A stretch of DNA of 63,309 bases, counting the filler, from Candidatus Rokuibacteriota bacterium (lineage in GTDB: Bacteria > JAUVQV01 > DATDCY01): assembly GCA_031406795.1 (NCBI GenBank). It is 5 parts of 5 records of this genome, joined end to end, with 100 filler letters (N's around TTAATTAATTAA, not from the genome) between each part and the next. Parts side by side here need not be neighbours in the genome. Positions count along the whole stretch, not along the records: positions 31,446 to 50,562 come from JANOHV010000100.1; 4 more parts are not named here. One strand, 5' to 3'. Position numbers and translations under genes: made by a program. Of the stretch, positions 31,446 through 40,740 are shown piece after piece. Positions within the stretch are counted from its first letter, which is position 1. Every line of letters starts with the position of its first letter. The notes under the pieces were generated by a model. The model made no database searches and was not told the origin of the DNA. It saw only the letters and a program-made list of their open reading frames with translations.

Positions 31446-32034
31446 CGACCGGCTTGCCGGCCACGCGCAGCGTAATGCGGCCGTCCTGCGGCAGGCGCTT
31501 CTCCGCGATATCCAGCTGCGCCATGATTTTTACACGCGAAACGAACGCCGCATGCAGCGCGCGCGCCGGCTCGATCAGATCACGCAGCGTGCCGTCAATC
31601 CGCAGCCGTACCACCGAGCGGGTTTCGAAGGGCTCAATATGGATGTCCGATGCCCCATCGCGCAGCGCCTGGGTCAGCAACGCGTTGATCAGACGAATGA
31701 CCGGTGCATCATCCCGGCTTTCGAGCAAATCCTCGACCCTGGGGATTTCCTGCAACAGCCGTGAGAGATCCAGGTCCTGGGCAAGTTCGCCCGCCAGCGC
31801 GGCGGCCCCGGTGTCTGCGCCGTTGTACGAGGCGGCGAGGAGTTCGCCAAACTCATCGTTCCCGACGCGACGTGCGCGCAGCGGTACGCCGAGTGCCCGA
31901 CGTAATTCGGCAAGCGCGCCCGCCTGAGCGTCGCTGCGGATCACTACCGCCGCGCCGTCTTTATCAATTGCAGTGACAACGACGCCATTGGCTTTGGCAA
32001 ATGCATAGGGAACGGCGTCCGCTGTTTTGATCAT
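31446..32034 (-). CDS. gspE: type II secretion ATPase GspE (3'-truncated)
   Basis: PYAFAK, DAPVIRLIN, ASDIHIEP, LDIAEKRLPQDGR. Confidence 0.88.
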
Positions 32035-32546
32035 CGCGGCACATCGATCACGGCTGGACTTTGTCCGCCGGCACCGTCGGCCATCTGTTTCGTGCACCAG
32101 CGCGCATAGACGCCGCCGAGTAAACGGCCAAGCCAGGACCTGGGCGCGTTGGTCGGCAACCTGTAGTCGATGAATACACGTACCAGCGATGAATCGCCTA
32201 TTCGCGTCAGCTCGAAGCCCATGCGGTAATGCGCCAGGAACAGAAGGTTCGGGGTTTCGATGGTCTCCCAGACCTTCATTGAGGGAACCTGGCGCTCGGT
32301 GATCACCTCTTCCAGAAAAAGTGGAATGCCCATCATAGTTCCATACATGCGGATCTTCGATCCGATCATGCGGCCACCGTCGGCATCGACGTCTATCGAC
32401 ATGCGCGAGCCCATCATCATCATCGAGGACTCGCCCATGTGCGCCGCCAATACCTTCGGATCGTCCAGATAGGCGAAGACCCGATCGGCCGGCGCATTGG
32501 CCAGTGCGGTGCTTTCATGGTGAAAAGGAAACGATGGATCAGACAT
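32031..32546 (-). CDS. SRPBCC-family protein
   Basis: NAPADRVFAYLDDP..HM pattern; Met-rich segment. Confidence 0.65.
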   Translation of the reverse strand: MSDPSFPFHHESTALANAPADRVFAYLDDPKVLAAHMGESSMMMMGSRMSIDVDADGGRMIGSKIRMYGTMMGIPLFLEEVITERQVPSMKVWETIETPNLLFLAHYRMGFELTRIGDSSLVRVFIDYRLPTNAPRSWLGRLLGGVYARWCTKQMADGAGGQSPAVIDVPR

Positions 32547-32669
32547 TGCTGCCTTCGAGGGGCGGGTCAGGCCGTTTGTGCAATTCCCAGACAAAATTAC
32601 ATGCAAGCTTGCCAACCGCAATCCGTCCCCCAAGGAGGCCGCGATCAAACGTAGTGTGATCGGCGCGAG

Positions 32670-32924
32670 TTAGCCGCAGCAGCAGCCCTTGCCTTGAGGT
32701 TTCTGAGCAGTATTGGCGGGATCGACACCATAGCCCGCGCCCTTCACGGCCGATTTCAGTTGATCGGGAGACGTTTGCCGCTCGTCGTATTGCACTGTGG
32801 CTTCGCCAGCCGAGAGCGATACGTTTACGTCACTGACCCCGGAGACCGCTTTCAGCGCGTGCGTGACGCTGCTAATGCAGCCGCTGCAGGTCATTCCCGT
32901 TACTTTAACAATTTCAGTTTGCAT
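32670..32924 (-). CDS. copZ: HMA copper chaperone, CopZ-like
   Basis: GMTCSGC; C-terminal KGCCCG. Confidence 0.85.
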   Translation of the reverse strand: MQTEIVKVTGMTCSGCISSVTHALKAVSGVSDVNVSLSAGEATVQYDERQTSPDQLKSAVKGAGYGVDPANTAQKPQGKGCCCG

Positions 32925-33327
32925 GGCGATGTTCCTTTCCATTGGGTTGAATAGGTCACAGGAATTCCCTTTCGCGGCCTGACTGCCATCGTTTCGCCCA
33001 GAAGCCCTTTGGAGGGTGCTTTGGCTCATGATGGGGACGATTCTCCGGGCAAGGCTGATGGTTGTCAAGGCATTGGCCTCGAAGAGCAGGCCGACAGTCG
33101 CCTGAAGAACCACGACAGAGGAAACAGGTCCGCGAGAAGAAAAACGTCCTCCGGCGCCCCACGCCGAGAAGATCTCAGTCCTCGCAGGGGACGCGCTCGA
33201 AATCCACGGCCGCCGGCAGCAACCGGTGGCGGTCGCGCTCGGGGTGCGCGGGGTGCTGGTGTCCGTCCCCGCGCGGCGGGAAGCGGGGGCATGGGGTCGG
33301 CCCCCGCGGCGCAGATCCCGCTGGGAC

Positions 33328-33545
33328 AGCTGGGTGGGCATGATCGCGCTGCTCGGCATCGCCACCGAAACCGCCTCGATCATGATGGTCTACCTCGACC
33401 AGGGCTACGAGACCTGGCGCAAGGAGGGGCGCATCCACTCGGTGGCCGATCTCATCGACATGGCCGTGGAGTCCGCCACCCTGAGGGTGCGGCCGCTCGT
33501 CATGACCGTGGGCATGAACATCGTGGGCCTCATTCCGGTGCTGGT
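33328..33545 (+). pseudogene. CusA/CzcA RND permease C-terminal remnant
   Basis: WVGMIALLGIATET.IMMVYLD..RVRPLVMTV..GLIPVL with no flanking CusA sequence. Confidence 0.75.
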
Positions 33546-33636
33546 CCGCGGCATTTCCCACCTTGACTTCGGTCTCCGGCAGCATGAACATTCTTCTAGC
33601 CAAGAAAAGTCTTCCGGACTCAAGGGGAGGTAGCGT

Positions 33637-35022
33637 ATGGACGCTGAGGGAATTGGTATTTCGAGGCGCGATTTCATCCGGATCGTCGGAACGGCGGCGG
33701 TGGCGAGCCAATTGCCGGTCACCGGGGCGCGCGGCCAGGAGGGTCGACCCGCCGACATCGAGCCGGGCGACCGGGTCTTCATCGCCAACGAGGACTCGAA
33801 CACGATCAGCGTAATCGACCCGGCGCGCAACGCGATCGAGACGACCATCAACCTGACGAGCTTCGACGAGGATCCGCGCCCGCCCTTCCGGCTCGTCACG
33901 GGCGGCGTCGCCCCGACGCACGCCGCGCTCATCCACAAGCCGCTCTACCACGGGTGCGTCGACGCGCATGGGGTCGTCCCCTCGCCGGACGGCCGGATGC
34001 TCGCCACCTCCGGACGCGGGTCGAGCAACGTCTACCTCATCGACACCGTCGCGCGGAAGGTCATCGGGAACACTCCGAATCCCTTCGCCTCGGCGACGAC
34101 GAACGCCGAGCGGATCTCCAGCGGCGTCCTCGTCGGTCGCGAGCCCCACGAGCCGACCTTCACCCGCAACGGCCGCGAACTCTGGGTCGCCGTCCGTGGC
34201 GAGGACCGCATAGCGATTTTCGACACGGCGCTGGCCGTTGCCGGGGCGGGTGGCGCTCCCGGCAGGGCGCTGCTGCGCACGCTGCCCACGGTGAACGGCC
34301 CCGCGCAGGTCTGGTTCGACCGGGCGGGGACACTCGCCTTCGTGGTGAGCCAGAAGGTGCCGCGCGTGCAGGTCTTTGCCGTCAACCCCGACGCGGAGGG
34401 ACACTCGCGCCCCGAGCCGGTCGCCACGATCGACGTCTCGGCTCAGGATGCACCGGGTTTCACACCCTTCGAGAAGAGTTCCCCTGATGGCTCCGAGATC
34501 TGGTTCTCGCACAAGCTCGCGGACGCCGTCTCGGCCCGCTCCACCGCAGCGCCGTTCGGGCTCCTCGACACGATCGCCCTCGGGGAGAAGGCCCGGCCGA
34601 ACCATCTGGAGTTCGTCGAGAACGCGCGGGGTCGCGTGGTCTATGTGAGCTTAGCGCGGGTGGACGACGACGGGCCGGGCGGGGTCGCCGCGAGTCGAAT
34701 CGCCGTCATCGACCGGTCCGCCGCACCCGGGGCGCGCCGGGTCGTCGGCACGTTCTTCTCGGGCGGCCGCGAGGCGCACGGTCTCTGGACCAACCCCGCG
34801 AACACGCTCCTCTACGTGGCGCACGAGCAGGACGAGCTGCCCGGCACGCCGAACGCCGGCCAGACCGTCGCGAGCGCCTTCGACGTCTCGGACCCGTTCG
34901 CGCCGCGCTTCATCGCCCAGATCCCGCTCGGCAACCTCCTGCTGCCCTCGGGCGAACTACGCAACAAGAAGAGCATCAACCTCGTATACGTGCGCCCCGG
35001 CTACCGGGGCCAGACGGCATGA
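33637..35022 (+). CDS. Tat-exported YVTN/YncE-like beta-propeller protein
   Basis: SRRDFI Tat motif; VFIANEDSNTISVID; His-containing blades. Confidence 0.8.
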   Translation: MDAEGIGISRRDFIRIVGTAAVASQLPVTGARGQEGRPADIEPGDRVFIANEDSNTISVIDPARNAIETTINLTSFDEDPRPPFRLVTGGVAPTHAALIHKPLYHGCVDAHGVVPSPDGRMLATSGRGSSNVYLIDTVARKVIGNTPNPFASATTNAERISSGVLVGREPHEPTFTRNGRELWVAVRGEDRIAIFDTALAVAGAGGAPGRALLRTLPTVNGPAQVWFDRAGTLAFVVSQKVPRVQVFAVNPDAEGHSRPEPVATIDVSAQDAPGFTPFEKSSPDGSEIWFSHKLADAVSARSTAAPFGLLDTIALGEKARPNHLEFVENARGRVVYVSLARVDDDGPGGVAASRIAVIDRSAAPGARRVVGTFFSGGREAHGLWTNPANTLLYVAHEQDELPGTPNAGQTVASAFDVSDPFAPRFIAQIPLGNLLLPSGELRNKKSINLVYVRPGYRGQTA

Positions 35023-35032
35023 GGTCCGGGCC

Positions 35033-35374
35033 ATGAACGACCGGATCGCGCCCGACCGTTTCGCCGTGGAGATGGGGGCGGGCATGGAGCGCATGATGCG
35101 CGCGATGCACGCCAGCGCCCCGACCGGCGACCCTGACGCAGATTTCCTCGCGATGATGATCCCCCACCACGAGGGGGCGGTCGAGATGGCGCGGCTCGAG
35201 CTCGTCCACGGCCGCGACCCGCTCGTGCGGCAGCTTGCCGAGGGGATCATCGCGAGCCAGCGGACCGAGATCGAAGCGATGCGGGCACGGCTCGAGATCC
35301 TGCGGCACCGGGGCGCCGCCGCAGAACCGGAGTTCCCCGCCCTCGGCGGGACGCGCGGGCCAGCGGCGCGATGA
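35033..35374 (+). CDS. DUF305 / CopM-like metal-binding protein
   Basis: DADFLAMMIPHHEGAVEMA..IIASQRTEI. Confidence 0.88.
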   Translation: MNDRIAPDRFAVEMGAGMERMMRAMHASAPTGDPDADFLAMMIPHHEGAVEMARLELVHGRDPLVRQLAEGIIASQRTEIEAMRARLEILRHRGAAAEPEFPALGGTRGPAAR

Positions 35375-35392
35375 AGAGAAAACCGGGATTTC

Positions 35393-36421
35393 TTAGCTTC
35401 CCGCGGCAAGGAACGCCGCGTCCCTGACGGGCCAGACCCGGAAGTGCCGACCGCTCTTCTGGCCCACCCCGATCGCCCCTTTCGCCATGTAGAGCGCCCA
35501 GGCCCAGTCCGGCTCGAAGACACTCGTTGTCGATGACCAGTACCCCTCGCCGACACCGCGGAACGGGTGCAGTACCGGCAGCGCGGGGGAGTGCCGGTCG
35601 CAGTCAACAAGAGATTCAAGCTCGTTGATGTTCGGCAAGCGCCAGCCCTCCCGCGACCCCGTGGTGTGGTTGAGGGTCCGGACCGCTTCGAGCCCTTCCT
35701 CCCACGTCACCGGCCCGGCGCAGAGATCGGCCTCGCTCTTCCAGCAAAGTCCGGTCAGGAGATCGAGAATCCCTTCCTCCGCGGTGCGAAATCGGGGATC
35801 GGGCCAGGGACGGCCCATGCGGAACTCGCCGTCCTGTCCGGTCCCCCTGCAGGGCGCTTCCGCGCCGGCCTCGTCAAAGCAGCGCCGCTGTCCGGTCCGC
35901 AGGCAGACTTCGGTCTCGCCGCATACCGGCCAGAGCAGGGCGAAGCGCTGCTTCTCGCCGTAGAACATCCTTGCGCCCGCAAGGTGCACATACCAGGCGA
36001 ACGCCGGATTGATTGCCGCCGAGGTCGAGGTCCAGTACCAACCCTGGAAGAGGTTTCGGAAAGGATGGCCCGCCGGAAGAGCCGGACGCGCCTCCTGGTG
36101 ACTGAGCAGGCTGCGCAACTCGCGCCGGTTCGGCACTCGCCAATCGCGGTGGCCGAAAGCGCTCTTGCGGTTCATCGCAGCTATCGCCTCGAACGCCTCG
36201 TTCCAGCCGATGGGGAACTCCATCGGATTGGCGTCGATCATCCAGATCAAGCCAGTCAGGCGGTCCGTCGCGACTCCCCCAGCGACGGAAAAGCGCGGTT
36301 CGGGCCAGGGACGGCCTTTCGTGTGCTCCGCGTCTTGGGAACTCCCGGTGCACTGAATTACGCGTCCGTCAACGCCGTAACAGCGAAACTGACCGGTTCG
36401 GAGCAGGCGTTCGTCAGTCAT
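35393..36421 (-). CDS. DUF1566 (Lcl C-terminal) tandem-domain protein, copy 1
   Basis: TGQ..C, D.LTGL.W, WRVPNRRELRSL and WRLPNINELESL, YWSSTT. Confidence 0.88.
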   Translation of the reverse strand: MTDERLLRTGQFRCYGVDGRVIQCTGSSQDAEHTKGRPWPEPRFSVAGGVATDRLTGLIWMIDANPMEFPIGWNEAFEAIAAMNRKSAFGHRDWRVPNRRELRSLLSHQEARPALPAGHPFRNLFQGWYWTSTSAAINPAFAWYVHLAGARMFYGEKQRFALLWPVCGETEVCLRTGQRRCFDEAGAEAPCRGTGQDGEFRMGRPWPDPRFRTAEEGILDLLTGLCWKSEADLCAGPVTWEEGLEAVRTLNHTTGSREGWRLPNINELESLVDCDRHSPALPVLHPFRGVGEGYWSSTTSVFEPDWAWALYMAKGAIGVGQKSGRHFRVWPVRDAAFLAAGS

Positions 36422-36431
36422 CTGGCTGACT

Positions 36432-37601
36432 TCAGTTCAGTGGAATCGTCTCCCGGTAGATTGGATACGCGATCGGCTCGCTGTTCTCGTAACCTATTCG
36501 CTTGCGCCTTTTCTCGTCTAGCAGGTGATACGTGACCGTAACTTCGAGTCTCACGGGCGGGTTTTTGCCCTGCCGGCTGAACTCGAAGGAAAACACCCTC
36601 GTCTTCCCCTTGGGCAAACGGGTGTCCCTCAGGTCGACGATGAAAGGTCTCCACATGATGTACCGTTTCATAAGGAATGTCTCGTGCTTGATGGTATTTC
36701 CACCCCGGTCGAGCAGCCTCAGATCGAGGCTGAGATGACGATCCGGCGTGCCAGTTGGGAGATAGTGGGCAGCCCCGGCATTCGTCAGGCTGATGATATA
36801 TTTCACCCTGGCGCCGCCGAGTTCTTCAGTCTTGTAACCGACCTCGAGCGCGCTCTTCACCATTTCCGGAACGTGGCCGCCCTGGAAGAGATGTCTTCTC
36901 CCTCTCCGCACCACACCCCCACTTGCGATGGGACGACTGACCGGCGGCATGTGACAACCGATGCAATCCGGCCTCTGGCCGCTTTCGCTGATCTCGGCCA
37001 CGGTGCCGCAGGGAGGAACCCGATAAAAGACATCCCATCGTCTGTTCGTGGCGATGTGACACCGCGCGCAGGGACCGATTCCTGAAACCATGTCCGGGTC
37101 AACCGCCACGGGATGAGGTGCCTCGGCGGACGCGAAAGGTCCCACGATTTTCCCATCCCTCACATGACAGACCGCGCAGGTGACCCCCTCCTCCCGCAGA
37201 GTCGGGTCATAGGCTGGGTTGGGCTTGAGGAGCGGCTTGAATTTCTCGCGATCCTGGAAACCGAGAACGAGGTTCTCCTGCTGGTTCTCCAGTGGTGTAT
37301 GACAATTCAGGCAGATCTGCTGCGAACCATCGAACTGGAAATCCACCTGGAAGTAGGGATCCCGCCACGCGCGGGCGTGCATGCTCTCCGCCCATTCCCG
37401 GTAGATATCCTCATGGCATTCACGGCATTCGCCGGCGCTGACCGTCTTCAGCCCCTCAGGTATGACAACGGCCATCGGTCTTTCAAACCTGTCATCGACC
37501 ACGAAGATATTGAGCGGTCTGACTATGCGCCAAAGGAAGAAGGTTGAAAACAGAACGAGAACAGCGATCCAGAGTACCCGCTTCCGTTTTCTACCACCCA
37601 T
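36432..37601 (-). CDS. membrane-anchored multiheme cytochrome c (c554-like, 5 CxxCH)
   Basis: CRECH, CLNCH, CAVCH, CARCH, CIGCH; N-terminal TM. Confidence 0.9.
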   Translation of the reverse strand: MGGRKRKRVLWIAVLVLFSTFFLWRIVRPLNIFVVDDRFERPMAVVIPEGLKTVSAGECRECHEDIYREWAESMHARAWRDPYFQVDFQFDGSQQICLNCHTPLENQQENLVLGFQDREKFKPLLKPNPAYDPTLREEGVTCAVCHVRDGKIVGPFASAEAPHPVAVDPDMVSGIGPCARCHIATNRRWDVFYRVPPCGTVAEISESGQRPDCIGCHMPPVSRPIASGGVVRRGRRHLFQGGHVPEMVKSALEVGYKTEELGGARVKYIISLTNAGAAHYLPTGTPDRHLSLDLRLLDRGGNTIKHETFLMKRYIMWRPFIVDLRDTRLPKGKTRVFSFEFSRQGKNPPVRLEVTVTYHLLDEKRRKRIGYENSEPIAYPIYRETIPLN

Positions 37602-37604
37602 GGC

Positions 37605-39113
37605 TCAGGTCTTCAGAATTCCAAGCTCCACGATGATGACGGTGGCGATCTGCACAAGCCAGAAGAGGAACAGCCCGAAACCGAGGCGCGTTCCGGCAAT
37701 GTTCCACCCAACCTTCAAGAACCGCACCGCCAGGATCTTGCCGGCATAGAGAGCAAAGCCGATCAGGCCGTTGACGGGATGCAGCAGGAACCATCCCAGA
37801 TTCGAGAGCTTGCCCAGGTTGTCGAGCGGCGTGTGGATGAAGACGCAAAGAAGAGCATCGAAGCAGAAGACGGCGAAACTCACCCATGCTGCGTGGCGGT
37901 GCACGCTGATCATCGTCTGGACTTCCGCGAAAGGACGGATCCAACCCTTGGCGGCGGCCGCCGAGAGAAATGCTAGCAGGGCGAACAGCCCCCCGCCGAT
38001 CGCCAAAATCAACTGCAGACGCATGATCTTCACGTTTGTTGTCGCCCGCAGGCGATGGACCACCGATCCGTACGCTTCGGCCCACTGTCGACTTCTGAAA
38101 ACGTCATGGCACGGCATACAGACGTAGTCCACCGTGAGGAAGCCGGGGTTGTAGCTTGCGCCACCTGTTGTCCGCTTCGGAATTTCCGCGTGAGGCCTGA
38201 TAACGAAGAGGTGACTCCGCACGTCACCGTGCAGGGAGTCGGGCCGCGATTTGGCGAGCAGTCCGGCCGGGGGCATGTGACAATCGATGGACCCGACGCG
38301 GGCATTCGCCATCAGACTTTCTTGATAGACTTTGGCGACCCCGGGATGGCAGGAAGCGCAAGTGCGCCGCTGGGATCCTTCCCCGCTACGGTGGGGATTG
38401 TGACAACCCGTGCAGCCAAGCCCCTTCATTTTGCTTTTCTCGAGCTGGTTCGCCTCGGTATAGGGCGCGAGGAAGTCACCGACGAGCGGGATCCCTTCCT
38501 TCGACTCCTGGCGGTGGCAGGAGGCACAGCCGTCGGGTCGGGTGACGTATGTCCTGGCGCAGGCTCGAACGTGCGTGCCGGGCACCGGGGCCGTGGCAGT
38601 GCTCGCACTGCACCCCGTCGAGTCGCCAGGTGCCGACGATCCCGGGGAGCCCGTCTTGGTGCCCCTCCGCGGCGTATCCCGTCGTATGGCACCGGCCGCA
38701 GTCGTAGGGGACTTTTTCCCCGGGCCGGAAGTCCACCCAGTGCCGGCCCTGGAGGTTGAACTGGTTCGCTCCGGGCCCGGATCCGCTCGACGTCACGAGA
38801 TAGCCCTGCCGGTCGAGGAAAAGGGCCTTCCAGCGGAAACCGCCGACGATGTAGGAGATATCGGCAGTCGTCAATCCCAGCGGAAGGGGGATGTCCCGCG
38901 CTTCGATGGCGCCGGGGCGATGCAGGATGCGCGCGTGGCCGGTTGTGACCAGTGCTCGAAGATCTCCCGGTGACAGGGTGCGCAGCCCGCGGCGCCAACA
39001 TAATCCGACGCCTTGTCGGAGGCCGCGGAAGCCGGTGCAGCGAGGGCGAGCAGGAGACACATTCCGGCCAGAATCCATCGCACCGGGCGAAATCCGCACG
39101 TTGTTCTGTCCAT
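37605..39113 (-). pseudogene. octaheme-like cytochrome c with C-terminal 4-TM domain, split by two frameshifts
   Basis: CAPCH / CGRCH, CEHCH / CASCH, CTGCH, CASCH, SIDCH, CMPCH in three ORF pieces; shifts near 38945 and 38547. Confidence 0.8.
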
Positions 39114-39175
39114 AGTATCTCACTCCTCGTCGGGCAGCAACACGGGCACGGGTAGGCGCCGGTTATCCGGCCTTG

Positions 39176-39394
39176 TTACTTCCGTTTCGTCATGACAACG
39201 ACTCCCAGAATCACCAAGACAACGATGACGATCAGAATCAACCCGCCGGAGTTCATCCCCCAACCCCAACCGCCGCCCATCATGCCACCACCCTGGCCAG
39301 AGCCCATGTTGCCGCCCTGGCCAGTGCCCATCTGGGCGGAGGCAGGAATCCCGGAAAAGAACAACACCGTCAGCAACAACATCAATCTTTTCAT
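39176..39394 (-). CDS. small Gly/Met-rich membrane protein
   Basis: GGAGG RBS; signal peptide, GGGMMGGGWGWGM, C-terminal TM. Confidence 0.7.
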   Translation of the reverse strand: MKRLMLLLTVLFFSGIPASAQMGTGQGGNMGSGQGGGMMGGGWGWGMNSGGLILIVIVVLVILGVVVMTKRK

Positions 39395-39469
39395 CTCGTG
39401 CCTCCATTTCAACAGCCGCGCCCTGTCCGACCCAGGGCTTCCCGTGCCCCTGCATGCAGGAGCCTTCGT

Positions 39470-40219
39470 CTACAACCAGCGAACGACCCCGAGGAATACC
39501 CCGAAGGCCGGTCCGCCGTCGTTCAAGCCGATGGTCATGCCTCCGGTGAGAGCGTAATCCTTGCTGAGGAGATGAAACGCCCCGAGACTCGCCTCGAGCG
39601 GGTCCTTGGCATTTGAAACAGTCGCTCCCCGGCCTTCCAGCGATACAAAGACGTTCGTCATGCCGAAGACTTTCGAGACGCCGATGCCGGCGAGCGGGAT
39701 GTCATCGTATGAGGTGCCGGAGGGATCGCCGGTGACGATATACCCCCCCGTCAAAGAGAACTTCAGACCCCTGAGACGCTGGTGGAAGCCGGCGAAGACT
39801 CCGTAATCCGTCTGGCCGGTGCCAAGACCATTCGCCTCATCGGCTGTTGGCAGTTTCACCGCCGCAGAGCCGCTGACGGAAAACCCGCCGCGGGACTCCG
39901 ACAGCAGGACCGCTCCGGCCCGCACAACGACATCCCCCAAACCGGTTTCCGTGGCGCTTGAGCCACCGGTCTTCTGCGTGAGGGAAAGCAGCGGCGTGGT
40001 AACGCTTGCGCTGTACCGCGGCGAGACGTACCCGAGAGTCGGCGAAAGGGAGATGAGGCTGGATGTCGTCGGGGTGCCGAAATCGCCGGTCTTGTATCCG
40101 GCGTCGAGCTCCAGATAGCCGCGGCCATCCAGAGCCCGAGCCGCACCAGGTGAGAGAATCCCAAAGAGCACGAAAACAACCGCAGAGACCGCCAGGACTC
40201 CTCTCGCCAGGGGAACCAT
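39470..40219 (-). CDS. putative outer-membrane beta-barrel protein
   Basis: Signal peptide; TGLGDV..VKLPTADE..GLGTG.TD motif. Confidence 0.7.
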   Translation of the reverse strand: MVPLARGVLAVSAVVFVLFGILSPGAARALDGRGYLELDAGYKTGDFGTPTTSSLISLSPTLGYVSPRYSASVTTPLLSLTQKTGGSSATETGLGDVVVRAGAVLLSESRGGFSVSGSAAVKLPTADEANGLGTGQTDYGVFAGFHQRLRGLKFSLTGGYIVTGDPSGTSYDDIPLAGIGVSKVFGMTNVFVSLEGRGATVSNAKDPLEASLGAFHLLSKDYALTGGMTIGLNDGGPAFGVFLGVVRWL

Positions 40220-40653
40220 TACTTCCCCTGCTTGCTCAGGTCGTCCATCATCTGGTTCAGATTCTTCATCCGCGCCTGCATCGCTTGCATCGCCGCGGAA
40301 TCCATCGTGCCCTTGGCCATGTGCTCCGACATCTGCTTCATCGTCACGGACATATCGGCCATCCCCCCGGACATCTTCTGCATCCGGTCCATGGCCATCT
40401 GCCCTTCCATGCCGCGAGACATTTTCTGCATGACCTGGTCCATCTGACTCATCATCCCCGTCATGTCCCGCATCATGTCCTGCTGCATCATCGTCTGTCC
40501 GCCCATCATCTGCGAGGACGGCTGGGAGCCCATCATGCCGCCGCCGGAAGGCTGCTGCCCGCCGCCCATGCCGCCGCTGGGCATCATCTGGGCCGTCGCC
40601 ACCAGGGCCGAGAAACCGATAATCGCCGCTGTTCCTGCAATGATTTTTTTCAT
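40219..40653 (-). CDS. Met-rich periplasmic protein
   Basis: Signal peptide; very high Met content, helical. Confidence 0.75.
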   Translation of the reverse strand: MKKIIAGTAAIIGFSALVATAQMMPSGGMGGGQQPSGGGMMGSQPSSQMMGGQTMMQQDMMRDMTGMMSQMDQVMQKMSRGMEGQMAMDRMQKMSGGMADMSVTMKQMSEHMAKGTMDSAAMQAMQARMKNLNQMMDDLSKQGK

Positions 40654-40740
40654 CTCGTTCTCCATTTTTGGGGTGTCGAACTCATCGCACTGTGCCCGGT
40701 CTTCCCGATCTTTCTACTTTATCCGGCCTCCTTTCTCTGG

